From assembly GCA_043718025.1 (NCBI GenBank), contig JAYSWN010000141.1, positions 1 to 25,637 of the forward strand: a stretch of 25,637 bases of DNA, written 5' to 3'. How positions within the stretch are numbered: position 1 is the first letter of the stretch; every line of letters begins with the position of its first letter. This document shows, in pieces, positions 7,291 to 16,943 of the stretch. Source of the stretch: Pseudomonadota bacterium (lineage in GTDB: Bacteria; Bdellovibrionota; FAC87; UBA2466). The notes beneath the pieces are model-generated. The model did not search any database and had not been told where the DNA came from. It was given only the letters and a program-made list of their open reading frames with translations. Position numbers and translations under genes: made by a program.

Positions 7291-9345
7291 GTGACGCCAA
7301 TGCCTCCAAAAACTCGAATTTGGCTCGCTTTAGGCGTGCTGTTTCTCTGCCACACCGCTTTTTGGGTAAACCTGAGGCACCTTCATTTTTCTGATCCCGA
7401 TACGTTCATCTATTTGGGCATGGCCCGGGAAGCGGCTCAATCCGGCATTATCACCACCCTTGCGCAGGTCGAAGATTTAGGCTGGGCTAAAAAATTCGCC
7501 GATAAAAATCTGGCTTTCAATCTCATTAATGGCGCTTTCTATCGAGCCGCCGGAGATGCCGGCGTAGAGTTTTCGCTATTCCTCATGTCACTCGCAGTGG
7601 TGTTCGCGCTATTTATTGGGGTGGTTCGCTTTCTGTCTCCCTTTTGGGCAACGCTCGTGGTTTCGATGACCTACCTCAACGCGAACTTTGCCATTCGACT
7701 TTTTCTGTTGCGGCCACACGTCTGGGCCATTTTCTGCTTTGTCGGTCTGCTGGCCGCGTTGATCCACCGGGCCCCCACCGCGGCACTCATCTTTGGCGCC
7801 CTTTTTGGCTGGGGCTACCCGCTCTACCCCCTGCCCATCGCTCTACTGCTGGTGGCGGCGCTGTTTTTCAATTTTCGCCGGGTCAATCCACTCATGAAAA
7901 AAGCCTGCCAGTGGGGCCTAGCCGGGGTGGCCTTGAGCATGATCTTGCACCCAGCGTTTCCGGCAAATCTAAATTGGACTTCAAAAATTTCGCAGATTGC
8001 CGTCAACGGGATGTCGCTGAGCACGCAAGAGCTGCCGATTGAAAATGTGCCCCAGCGTTCCGACGAATTTTTAAAACGGTTCTTCCTATTTTTTCTGATG
8101 CTTTTGGGCAGTATTTCGTTCGAGGCTTTTTACCAACGCAAGTGGCAATCTGAAGAGAAACGGTTGGAGTACTACTTTCTATCCTTCATTAGCTTGGGGC
8201 TCTGGACCGTGGCTTTCTTTCAACCTCGCGCCGCCGAATACGCCATTCCCTGCACGGTCATCTTCATGGCTCTTTCGCTTTCGCGCCTTTCCGAATTCAC
8301 CGAACCTCGCCGTTTAGCCACGGCATTCGTAACGGTTTGCGTTTTGGGAAATATTTATTCGCTCATAGACTTTTACGGCAAGGGGGCCAGATTCTCGCTC
8401 AATCCCAGAGTGCCGTTGGCGGTGATGGCGGCATTACCAAAAGACGCCAAAGGTAAAAAGGTCTTCAACTGCGAGTGGGAAACCGGGGCCTTTTTATTTT
8501 ATCGCCGGCCCGAGATGCGCTTTGTCGATATTTTAGATCCAACGTTTCTTCCCAAGGCTAATCCCACCTTGGCGGCGCAACGGCAGCTGCTGTTCGAGGG
8601 AAAATTACTGCCCTATAACGTTATCCGGGGGCAATTTTCTGCCGACTATGTGGTTTGCCGTAATCCCAGTCTAACCGAACGATTAGACCGAGATCCCTTT
8701 TTCGTACGTCTGTTTCCTCCGCCACCTGATCCCATTCGCCAAGAGGTCGCCGGCTACTCGGCGGTTTACGCGGTGAATGACAAAATGATGCGCCACTTCG
8801 TAAAGTCGATAGCAACATCAACTGAAAAGAACAAACCAGAAACGAACGTCAGTCGCGATCTTAGCTCACCCCCCAACCTCACTCCCGATCCACAATCGAT
8901 GCCGTACTGGAACCTGATTGCGCTCGCGACGAAACACATTCCCGATGAAGCGACCGCTTGTTTCGAAATGACTCTGCCCTCCGAAGAGCTGGATAAATTT
9001 AAGGGTAGCGAGTGGTTGGGGATTGGCGGGGGACCGTTGGTCGAAGTGTGGTGGAACCAAACTCCGCTTTTTAAATCGGTTGATAATAATGGCGACGTTG
9101 ATTATTTGCGCGACCTGGTTGCGTTACCCCAGGCTTTGAAAACCAGCGACAAATTAGTTTTTAAAGTGTGTAGCCGGCGTGAGGACAGCTACCACGGCGC
9201 CGCCATAAGTTTTTGGATGGCAAATGAGATGGCCGCGGTGTGCGCGCAGAAGGGCTATCCCGAGCCAGCCCGCGACGCAATTAAATGGCGTTTCGGAATG
9301 CCGAAAAAACCGCACTGCCTGGGGCGTATTGCCCTCGCCAAATAA
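7291..9345 (+). CDS. Polytopic membrane protein, GT-C-like glycosyltransferase with a C-terminal soluble domain
   Basis: About 11-12 hydrophobic segments; acidic 'SDPDTFIY' in the first loop after TM1; 'LRPH' motif. The GTG at 7291 follows GGAGA (the ORF track starts at 7249). Confidence 0.65.
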   Translation: MTPMPPKTRIWLALGVLFLCHTAFWVNLRHLHFSDPDTFIYLGMAREAAQSGIITTLAQVEDLGWAKKFADKNLAFNLINGAFYRAAGDAGVEFSLFLMSLAVVFALFIGVVRFLSPFWATLVVSMTYLNANFAIRLFLLRPHVWAIFCFVGLLAALIHRAPTAALIFGALFGWGYPLYPLPIALLLVAALFFNFRRVNPLMKKACQWGLAGVALSMILHPAFPANLNWTSKISQIAVNGMSLSTQELPIENVPQRSDEFLKRFFLFFLMLLGSISFEAFYQRKWQSEEKRLEYYFLSFISLGLWTVAFFQPRAAEYAIPCTVIFMALSLSRLSEFTEPRRLATAFVTVCVLGNIYSLIDFYGKGARFSLNPRVPLAVMAALPKDAKGKKVFNCEWETGAFLFYRRPEMRFVDILDPTFLPKANPTLAAQRQLLFEGKLLPYNVIRGQFSADYVVCRNPSLTERLDRDPFFVRLFPPPPDPIRQEVAGYSAVYAVNDKMMRHFVKSIATSTEKNKPETNVSRDLSSPPNLTPDPQSMPYWNLIALATKHIPDEATACFEMTLPSEELDKFKGSEWLGIGGGPLVEVWWNQTPLFKSVDNNGDVDYLRDLVALPQALKTSDKLVFKVCSRREDSYHGAAISFWMANEMAAVCAQKGYPEPARDAIKWRFGMPKKPHCLGRIALAK

Positions 9346-9348
9346 AAG

Positions 9349-11310
9349 CTAGGATGCCAATTGCACGTTCTGTTTTTTGGGCAACCGGAGAGTGAACTTG
9401 GTACCCTTTCCCACTTCACTGGTCACGCTGATAGAGCCGTTGTGCTTTTGCACCAAGCCGTAAGCGATACTTAAACCCAGACCCGTTCCCTGCCCTACTT
9501 TCTTTGTAGTGAAAAACGGGTCAAAAATCTTTTCCACTGAATCCTTAGGAATTCCCGCACCGCTATCCTCAATTTGAATCTCAACCATCTCTCCCAGGCT
9601 TTTGGTGCGAATCCAAATGTCACCGCGCCCTGAAATGGCTTGCGCGCCGTTTGAAAGCAGGTTCATGAACACCTGGTTCATCTGCGATAAATTACATTCA
9701 ACCAGCGGTAGTTCGCCAAATTCTTCGTGTATCACTACTCGGTCTTTAAATTCGGTAACGAGTAAACGAACGGTGGTGCGCAACCCCTCGTGCAGGTCCG
9801 ATGGCCGAAAAGAAGATTCATCCATACGAGAAAATGTGCGCAACCCCAACACGATCTCCTTGGTGCGGTTGGCGCCATCGACGCAACTCTTGGTAAGATC
9901 TTCCATGTCTTTCAAGATGAAATCGAGATCAATACTCTTCTCCAGAGTATTGATGGCCAATTGGTCTTTTTCGGAAAGATTCGCTTTCAGGTCGCGATAT
10001 ATTTTTACAATTTCACGGATTTTATCAACGTAATCCGACAAATGGTGCATGTTACTGTAAATGAAGGCAATCGGGTTGTTTAGCTCGTGCGCCACTCCGG
10101 CCACGATTTGGCCGAGCGAAACCATCTTTGCCGACTGAACCAACTGGGTTTGTGCATTCTTAATTTCTTGGTTCGCGCGGTGCAGCTCTTCAAGTTTCAT
10201 CTCCAATGTGCGCTTTGCCGCCGAAACATTGCGAGCCATGTCATTAAATGCGTGCACCAAGTATTCGATTTCGTAAGTGGACTCAAGCGGAGGAATTTGC
10301 TCAATGCGGCCGGTGCGAATTCGTTTCATCGCGAGCACGAGAAGTTCAATCGGTTTCACCAGCCGATTTGAAAAAATAAAAATCAAAAGTGAGGCAATCA
10401 AAATGAGAAAGGTCGCCAAATAGATCATGGCGGTCTTTAACTTTTGGATGGTGGCATCCGCCGAAGTCATCGATATAAAAACGGCAACGTAACCCCACTT
10501 GCGGTTACGCTCAAGGGTAGAGGGGAAATCATATACGAACGCGGCGTAGCGCGCATCGCCCAACGTAATAATTGCCGGATCACGGACCTTGGCCTCCTCG
10601 GCACGTAACGCAATCGAGGAGAGTGATTTAATAATTTCTGGGGCCAGCGCAAAGCTGGCGGCCACCGAAGTTAGGTCACGAGAAAGAAAAACCACATCGA
10701 CCTGCCGACGACTGCGAAGGTCATTCAATTGCGGCGCACCGTAGATCAACTCTTGTTCAATGATGCCGTACAGACGGCGCTTATCGCGCACCAAGGCGCG
10801 GGTCACGGTGAGAATTCCCCGGTCTTCGTTGGTTAAAAAACGCTCGATCACTTCACCGCGCATTTTCACGCGCTTAAGACTCTCTTTTCCGAGGTAGGCC
10901 ACGCGCGGCGCGATTCCCGGTGGAGTTCGTCCCCAAAGGTATTTTCCGTCCGGAGAGTAGACGCGGATTAAAACATTGGGTTTAGGGGCACCGAAGGCGT
11001 CTTTAAAGGCGTCCTTAGCTTTGGAATTGAAGGCGTTGAGGATACGAGTAGAGGTGGCGTATAACTTCAAGTTGGAGAAAAGGTCGCTCTCAACCGCTTC
11101 GAGTTCACTTAATATAGCGTCGCGTTCCGACTGAGCCCGGCGAACCAGCCCTTCTTTGGTGTTGTCTTCAAAAACCTGGGTAACGTAGTAGCTGAGCAGG
11201 ATGGTGGGCAACACCGCAATGGGCACGAAATAGACGGCCAACACGGTTTTGAGAGAAAAGGTACCGGGTCGATACGAACTGAGAAATTTTTTAATTCGAT
11301 TCAGCCGCAT
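9349..11310 (-). CDS. Membrane sensor histidine kinase (TM, periplasmic sensor, TM, HAMP, HisKA, HATPase), NtrB-like
   Basis: H-box AHELNNPI, N-box [11 protein letters not shown]1 DSGAG, F-box [10 protein letters not shown]2 GTGLGL, and HAMP 'KPIELL...[12 protein letters not shown]'. Confidence 0.95.
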   Translation of the reverse strand: MRLNRIKKFLSSYRPGTFSLKTVLAVYFVPIAVLPTILLSYYVTQVFEDNTKEGLVRRAQSERDAILSELEAVESDLFSNLKLYATSTRILNAFNSKAKDAFKDAFGAPKPNVLIRVYSPDGKYLWGRTPPGIAPRVAYLGKESLKRVKMRGEVIERFLTNEDRGILTVTRALVRDKRRLYGIIEQELIYGAPQLNDLRSRRQVDVVFLSRDLTSVAASFALAPEIIKSLSSIALRAEEAKVRDPAIITLGDARYAAFVYDFPSTLERNRKWGYVAVFISMTSADATIQKLKTAMIYLATFLILIASLLIFIFSNRLVKPIELLVLAMKRIRTGRIEQIPPLESTYEIEYLVHAFNDMARNVSAAKRTLEMKLEELHRANQEIKNAQTQLVQSAKMVSLGQIVAGVAHELNNPIAFIYSNMHHLSDYVDKIREIVKIYRDLKANLSEKDQLAINTLEKSIDLDFILKDMEDLTKSCVDGANRTKEIVLGLRTFSRMDESSFRPSDLHEGLRTTVRLLVTEFKDRVVIHEEFGELPLVECNLSQMNQVFMNLLSNGAQAISGRGDIWIRTKSLGEMVEIQIEDSGAGIPKDSVEKIFDPFFTTKKVGQGTGLGLSIAYGLVQKHNGSISVTSEVGKGTKFTLRLPKKQNVQLAS

Positions 11311-11315
11311 TCTAA

Positions 11316-11945
11316 TTAGAAGTACCAGTGAAACGAAGCCCCGGCGTAAGTTCCGTTGGCCAACGTCATCAGTTTAAACAACATCATCACTTCAAACGAC
11401 ACCGCAAAGCCAGAATGATGCATGAACTGCACTCCGACGCTGGGATACGCCATAAAAATGTTGTAGCCCTGCGAGAGATCATCGCTCGGACTAAGAAATT
11501 TGTTGCGTAAGATCGATGGCGAAACGTCGCGCGACGCATTGGCGCTGGCCCACCAATGGGCAAAGCCGAAGCCAACGTAGGGGCTGACCCATTCACCGAG
11601 CAGGTAATAGCGGGCGCGGATGCTGAACGAAGAGTAGTCAATCCCCGTACCCCAGCCGATCGAAGCGGCCAGCTGCGGGGTGATGTTTATATCGCCCTCA
11701 AGTCCCATGATGGCCAGGCCACCGCCGGCAGTAATCCCTAACCCAAAACGTTTTCTCATCTTCAATGACTCCAGAGCCGTCATTGGATCACCGCCCTCAC
11801 CCACCTCGGCTCCGAGCTTGGTTTTTCTTCTGGATACCGTACTTTCAGTTTCCGCAGGCGGCATCAACGGCAATTTTCCGGCGGAAGCATTGGTACACAA
11901 AATGACGAGGCAAAACTGAAGCAAAAACCGGACAGACTTCGGCAT
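11316..11945 (-). CDS. Predicted small outer-membrane beta-barrel protein
   Basis: Signal peptide ending ASA; amphipathic Gly/aromatic strands ('SIRARYYL', 'SPYVGFGF', 'VGVQFM'); C-terminal beta-signal 'ASFHWYF'. Confidence 0.7.
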   Translation of the reverse strand: MPKSVRFLLQFCLVILCTNASAGKLPLMPPAETESTVSRRKTKLGAEVGEGGDPMTALESLKMRKRFGLGITAGGGLAIMGLEGDINITPQLAASIGWGTGIDYSSFSIRARYYLLGEWVSPYVGFGFAHWWASANASRDVSPSILRNKFLSPSDDLSQGYNIFMAYPSVGVQFMHHSGFAVSFEVMMLFKLMTLANGTYAGASFHWYF

Positions 11946-12008
11946 GGCGAACCCTTTCGATTCAGGCGGTGGAACTCAAGCTTTTTTGGGGCAGTAAAAA
12001 GAAGGCGG

Positions 12009-12797
12009 CTAAAAAATTCGCGCGCGTACGCCTTCTTCTTGCAGAAACTTCTTCAGCGCAGGCTTGTCGATGTCGTTAGCCCGCTCGACCAGCTCATTTA
12101 GCCGGCGAAAAAAATCTTTGGTCTTGGCATCACTCAAGTGGTGCGAAACCGATCGAATGTCGGTGGTAATTGACGCCATGTTATCGAGAAGCGTCACCAG
12201 CTTCCTTTTTTCACTACCCTTGAGAGTTTTATTTAAGTCGGCTACCAGCGTCTCTAACGACTCTACAATCTCTTGCATCGGCTTTTCATTGCGCTCTAAA
12301 AATTCTTGGACTTTGCCAAAAACGTTGTAACCCTGCGAGAGCAGCTGATCGACGCGGGGAGGATCAATGCCGCGCGCCGTCGCCCCAGCTAGCAGCGGCT
12401 TTCCACCGTCGGTACCGGGCGTAATTTCAAGATAACGCTCACCAATAATGCCGGCCATGTTGACGTAAAATTTAGAGTCGTCTTTTAACGTCGACACTGC
12501 CTTGTTTGCCACCGAGATGACCACTTTAAGACTCGGCACGTCCCGCTCCGCGGGCAAAGCTTTGCGCTCGCTCTCGGTCAAAAAATCAATTCGTTCGACC
12601 TGCCCGACCTTCACCCCAGAAACTCGCACGGGAGAACCCACTTCAATGCCCCCCGCAAAATGGAAGAGCACGTGAATTCGCATTCCACTAAAGCCGAACG
12701 AAAAAACTCCCAACAGCCAGGCAAACCCAAGTGCAGAGGTCAAGGAGGCGACGACCAGAGCTAGGACGCCAATTTGCTTTTGCTTCACGGTACTCAT
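12009..12797 (-). CDS. mlaD: MCE/MlaD family protein (N-terminal TM, one MCE domain, helical extension)
   Basis: 'AGGIEVGSPVRVSGVKVGQVERI' and 'GIIGERYLEITPG'; lies downstream of the mlaE and mlaF genes. Confidence 0.9.
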   Translation of the reverse strand: MSTVKQKQIGVLALVVASLTSALGFAWLLGVFSFGFSGMRIHVLFHFAGGIEVGSPVRVSGVKVGQVERIDFLTESERKALPAERDVPSLKVVISVANKAVSTLKDDSKFYVNMAGIIGERYLEITPGTDGGKPLLAGATARGIDPPRVDQLLSQGYNVFGKVQEFLERNEKPMQEIVESLETLVADLNKTLKGSEKRKLVTLLDNMASITTDIRSVSHHLSDAKTKDFFRRLNELVERANDIDKPALKKFLQEEGVRARIF

Positions 12798-12865
12798 GTA
12801 AGTAGTTGTACTGGATTTACGCGTCGCGGAAAAGGGAGGCTGGTGTCTTATTTAGTATACTAGGT

Positions 12866-13540
12866 TTAGGTGTGAAGAAGGTAGGTGAGAAAGAAGTCAG
12901 AAACGATAATGCTTACCGAACTTCGCACCACAGCCTCGGTAGCGGCCTCGCCCACGCCTCGGCTGCCAAAGCGGCTTTGCAGCCCCGAGCGTGATGCCAG
13001 AAGCGCAATCAACACTCCAAATACGATGGCTTTCACACTGGCCCCCCTAAAATCACTCCAATGCGTAAAGGCAAACATTGAGTTTCCGTACTCGCCCGGC
13101 GAATACCCGATTGACCACGACGCAACGAGCCAAGAGATGGCGCAGGCTACGGTCATGGCAAGCCATGTCAAAGTAAGCGTCGAAAAAACGCAGCCCAACG
13201 AGCGCGGAATAACCAAATATTTCATTGGATCTACCCCGAATGATTTTAAAGCATCGAGCTGATCGGTGCCTTTCATCGTAGCAATCTCTGCCGCCAGGCT
13301 CGCGCCAATGCGACTGCCCAGAAGCAGACAGGTGACCACCGGGCCCAACTCCCGAAACAGAAGCTGGGTCGAGAATGCCGGCACCAGCGATTGCTGCTTC
13401 AACACCAACTTCATATGAAAGGCGAATTCCACCACTAGAATCAACGCTAAAAATGAAATGGCCAATGCCAACACCGGAACACTTTGCACGGCAAAGGTGT
13501 AACAACTGTCGATAAACGCGTGGCGAAAACGACGATTCAT
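12866..13540 (-). CDS. mlaE: MlaE family ABC permease (second paralog)
   Basis: 'RELGPVVTCLLLGSRIGASLAAEIATMK..DQLDALKSFGVDP..YLVIPR' and 'GVGEAATEAVV'. The ATG at 13540 overlaps the upstream TGA (ATGA) and has SD GGAGG. Confidence 0.92.
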   Translation of the reverse strand: MNRRFRHAFIDSCYTFAVQSVPVLALAISFLALILVVEFAFHMKLVLKQQSLVPAFSTQLLFRELGPVVTCLLLGSRIGASLAAEIATMKGTDQLDALKSFGVDPMKYLVIPRSLGCVFSTLTLTWLAMTVACAISWLVASWSIGYSPGEYGNSMFAFTHWSDFRGASVKAIVFGVLIALLASRSGLQSRFGSRGVGEAATEAVVRSSVSIIVSDFFLTYLLHT

Positions 13541-14304
13541 AGCGCAATGCCTCCCCAACCGAAAAAGTCGCACAATCGATTAAAGAAAAATGAGGTCACA
13601 TAGTCAGCGATCAAAATAAATACGAGACATTCGACCGAGGTGCGCCGCACCGACGCCCCCACGCCCGCGCTACCGCCGGTCGTGTAGTAGCCTCGATAAC
13701 AGCTCACCCAGGCAATGAGCACGCCAAAGATAAAGCACTTTACTAAAGCCATCGCGAAGCTTGGTACGGTCACAAAGCGCGGCACCTCCCGCAAGAAGTA
13801 CAATGAATTCACTCCTAGCTGGGCGGCCGAAATTCCGAGACCGCCCAACAAGGTAAAGAGTAAACCGATCATCAAAAGACAAAACGCGGACAGCACCACA
13901 GCCAAAAAGCGCGGGGCGATGAGAAACCCGATGGGGGAAATTCCCAAGCAGCGGATGGCTTCAATTTGGTCGGTAACCCGCATATTGCCCAACTCAGCCG
14001 AGGTGTAGGCACCCACTTTTCCGGCAAGTAGAAATGCAATGAGCACCGGCCCGACATTGCGCAAAGTGACGGATGTGGTCAGCCCACCTAAAAAACCCTG
14101 AGCGCCAAAATCTCTCAGCTCGAGACTCACCTGCACCGCCATAATGGCGCCCACGAAGAGACCCGTGAACACAACGGTAGCAATCGATCCCACGCCGACT
14201 CGATACATTTGATCCATTACCGCCCCCCGCGGCCATGCCTTTAACGGAAGCGCTTGAATGGTTTCGTACAGAAACTGCACTGGCCTAATGATCTTGATGG
14301 TCAT
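13537..14304 (-). CDS. mlaE: MlaE family ABC permease (first paralog)
   Basis: 'RNVGPVLIAFLLAGKVGAYTSAELGNMRVTDQIEAIRCLGISP..FLIAPR' and 'GGSAGVG'. Confidence 0.93.
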   Translation of the reverse strand: MTIKIIRPVQFLYETIQALPLKAWPRGAVMDQMYRVGVGSIATVVFTGLFVGAIMAVQVSLELRDFGAQGFLGGLTTSVTLRNVGPVLIAFLLAGKVGAYTSAELGNMRVTDQIEAIRCLGISPIGFLIAPRFLAVVLSAFCLLMIGLLFTLLGGLGISAAQLGVNSLYFLREVPRFVTVPSFAMALVKCFIFGVLIAWVSCYRGYYTTGGSAGVGASVRRTSVECLVFILIADYVTSFFFNRLCDFFGWGGIAL

Positions 14305-15047
14305 GGAGTGAGCTCAACTAATCTACTGGCCTGTATAAATTCTCGCGCGATCGGATGCGGGCAAGCGGAAAACTGCTCTGGAGTCCCTTGAAAAACAATC
14401 TCGCCCTTCTCCAGTAAAAAAAGGCGATCGGCCACGCGGAGAGCCCGTCTCAAATCATGCGAAACTACCACCGCCGTCATGCGGCGAGCGCGCGCCACCC
14501 CACGAATCAAATCGTGGATGGCATCTGATGCAATCGGGTCCAGCCCCGTCGTCGGCTCATCAAAAAGCAGATGCCGGGGGCCCACGGCCAAAGCGCGGGC
14601 TATAGCCACCCGCTTTTGAATGCCAAAACTGAGTTCGGTCGGATACTGGCTCGCGATTCGGGGCGCCAAAGCCACTTGCGCAAGCCATTCGGTGGCCAGG
14701 CCAGCGGCCGTTTCGGGGGTAAGTTTGGCAAACCCTTCAACCGCCATCATCACGTTTTCACCAACCGTCAAAAAATCGAGTAGCGCCGGAAATTGAAAGA
14801 CGATGCCGCACCGGCGAAAAAGTCGGCGATGCTCGTTCGCAGAGATGCCATTTACCAAAAATTCATCGATGAAAATCTTGCCCTCGTCGGGCTCCATGAG
14901 GCCAAGCAAGACTTTAAGCAAAACTGACTTGCCGGTGCCGCTCTTACCAAGAAAAAAGCAGATCTCACCGTCGGGTATTTCAAATGAAAAATTACCGAGC
15001 ACCTTTTTTTCGCCGAAACTTTTACTCACGTTTTCTAGGCGAATCAT
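14301..15047 (-). CDS. mlaF: MlaF family ABC ATPase (second paralog; degenerate signature LSFGI)
   Basis: Walker A GKSGTGKS, Q-loop FQ, Walker B LLFDEPT, D-loop GLDP, H-loop VSHD. Confidence 0.92.
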   Translation of the reverse strand: MIRLENVSKSFGEKKVLGNFSFEIPDGEICFFLGKSGTGKSVLLKVLLGLMEPDEGKIFIDEFLVNGISANEHRRLFRRCGIVFQFPALLDFLTVGENVMMAVEGFAKLTPETAAGLATEWLAQVALAPRIASQYPTELSFGIQKRVAIARALAVGPRHLLFDEPTTGLDPIASDAIHDLIRGVARARRMTAVVVSHDLRRALRVADRLFLLEKGEIVFQGTPEQFSACPHPIAREFIQASRLVELTP

Positions 15048-15814
15048 GGAATAGGCTCCGGCTCAATTTCGCGAAAAAAATAGCGTTTGGCGGTTCCACG
15101 GGCCTGATGCAGAACCTCTTTGACCGATCCGTGCTGGGTGATTCGCCCCCCATCAATAAACGCAATACTATCGCACAACGGCAACACCTCTTCGGGCTGA
15201 CTGCCCACCACCACCACGGTCAGCTTCTTTTTTGCACGCAGTCCAGCCACCAGATCCAAAATAGCTACCGAAGTCACCGGATCCAAGCCGGCGGTGGGCT
15301 CATCCAATATGACCAGCCGACGCGCCATTAAAAAAGCCCGCGCCACCCCCAGTCGCTTCTGCATGCCGCCGGAGAGTTCATGGGGAAACAGGCGCTCATT
15401 TCCTAATAGCCCCACCCCCTCCAATGAGGCATGTACCCGCTCGGTGAGGGCAGAACCTTTAACCCCTTCAACCTCGGCCAAGGGCAATTCAAGATTTTCG
15501 GCTACGGTCAGGGCGTCGATTAGCCCACCTTTTTGAAACGCTATTCCGAGATCCCGCGCCAATTCTCGGTGCTTTACCGTCGACATGGGATAGAGCGGCC
15601 GTCCCAAAAATTCGACCTGGCCCTGGGTTGGCGGCATCAGACCGGCCAAGACCCGCAACAAAACGCTCTTGCCCGCACCACTAGGGCCCAGCACGGCTAA
15701 GGTTTCACCGTCTTTTATAGCCAAATCAATGCCGCTAAGCACTTGGCTTGCCTGGTTCACACCGGCAAGTTGCAATGACATGGATCGGGCCTGGAGAATG
15801 ATTTCATTTAACAA
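15044..15814 (-). CDS. mlaF: MlaF family ABC ATPase (first paralog; H-loop His absent)
   Basis: Walker A GPSGAGKS, signature LSGGMQKR, Walker B VILDEPT, switch region VVVGSQ. The exact start codon is uncertain. Confidence 0.9.
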   Translation of the reverse strand: MLNEIILQARSMSLQLAGVNQASQVLSGIDLAIKDGETLAVLGPSGAGKSVLLRVLAGLMPPTQGQVEFLGRPLYPMSTVKHRELARDLGIAFQKGGLIDALTVAENLELPLAEVEGVKGSALTERVHASLEGVGLLGNERLFPHELSGGMQKRLGVARAFLMARRLVILDEPTAGLDPVTSVAILDLVAGLRAKKKLTVVVVGSQPEEVLPLCDSIAFIDGGRITQHGSVKEVLHQARGTAKRYFFREIEPEPIP

Positions 15815-15887
15815 TCTCTATGGTTTATCAGAAGTCCGGGTTGCCGCAAAGGCACACCGACCACTCCCGACCGCTGCGCATTTGGGA

Positions 15888-15916
15888 TTGAATAGGCCCG
15901 GAGCCTACGCTAACTT
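15888..15916 (+). promoter_or_regulatory. Sigma70-type promoter for the BMP/nucleoside ABC operon
   Basis: TTGAAT-N17-TAACTT upstream of SD AAGGGG (15925-15930) and a TTG start at 15938. Confidence 0.5.
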
Positions 15917-15937
15917 GCCGTGCCAAGGGGTGCTGTT

Positions 15938-16942
15938 TTGAAATTAAATCGTAGTTTGTCGGTGCTGGTTTTGCTTAGCCTCTTAACTCTGAGTTTGGCC
16001 GGCCAAGCCGCGGCACTGAAAGTGGGGCTGGTTCTCGATAAAGGGGGACGTGACGACAAGTCTTTTAACGCCGCCGCCTTCAAGGGTGCCACCGAAGCCC
16101 AAAAAAAATTAGGCATCGAACTGAAAGTGGTCGAGGCTTCTGACGATACCGCCATCGAACCCTCACTCCGAACTTTTGCCCAACGTGGCTATCCGCTCGT
16201 GATTGGCATTGGCTTTGTGCAGTCTTCGGCCATTGAAAAAGTGGCGAAGGATTTTCCAAAGACCCAATTCTTGGCCATCGATTGCGATGTAAAACTTCCC
16301 AACGTACGATCGGTAACTTTTAAGGAGCACGAGGGCTCCTTTTTGGTCGGCGCCATTGCCGCCCTTACTTCAAAGACCAATAGTGTGGGCTTTATTGGCG
16401 GCATGGACATTCCGCTTATCCGCCGCTTTCAAATGGGCTACAAAGCCGGCGCTGAAACGGTCAACGCAAAGGTAAAAGTGGTGAGTCAATACGTTGGCTC
16501 AACCTCCGATGCCTGGAAAAACCCAACCAAAGCGAAGGAGTTGGCGGCCTCACAGTACCAGAAGTCAGTAGACGTTATTTTTACCGCAGCCGGAGCTTCG
16601 GGCTTGGGCGTATTCGACGCCGCCGAAGAGCTAAAAAAATTCGCCATCGGCGTGGATAGCAATCAAAACTGGGTCAAGCCTGGACGGATTCTCACCAGCA
16701 TGGTCAAGCGGGTAGATTTTGCGGTTTACGACGCCATTGAAAAGAAAGCCACGGCTAAGCTTGAAACCGTCTCGGTGTCGCTGGGTCTTAAAGAAGATGC
16801 CGTTGATTTTGCTTTGGACGAACATAACAAGGTTCTGCTCACTCCCGAAGTGCTAAAAAAGGTAAATGATTTCAAACAAAAAATCATCAAGGGAACGCTG
16901 AAGGTTCCCGACTACTACGAAGTGCAAAAGAAAAAGTCGTGA
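15938..16942 (+). CDS. BMP family ABC substrate-binding protein (purine/nucleoside binding, PnrA-like)
   Basis: 'GGRDDKSFN', 'FKEHEGSFLVG', 'GFIGGMDIPLIRRF', 'AIGVDSNQ' and 'LTSMVKRVD'. It has an SPI-type signal (AAA) and no lipobox. Start placed at TTG 15938 (ORF track gives 15920). Confidence 0.92.
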   Translation: MKLNRSLSVLVLLSLLTLSLAGQAAALKVGLVLDKGGRDDKSFNAAAFKGATEAQKKLGIELKVVEASDDTAIEPSLRTFAQRGYPLVIGIGFVQSSAIEKVAKDFPKTQFLAIDCDVKLPNVRSVTFKEHEGSFLVGAIAALTSKTNSVGFIGGMDIPLIRRFQMGYKAGAETVNAKVKVVSQYVGSTSDAWKNPTKAKELAASQYQKSVDVIFTAAGASGLGVFDAAEELKKFAIGVDSNQNWVKPGRILTSMVKRVDFAVYDAIEKKATAKLETVSVSLGLKEDAVDFALDEHNKVLLTPEVLKKVNDFKQKIIKGTLKVPDYYEVQKKKS

Positions 16943-16943
16943 T

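Noticed and set aside
15938..16015. BMP-family protein lacking a lipobox
   Set aside because: Soluble periplasmic BMP proteins are common in diderm bacteria.
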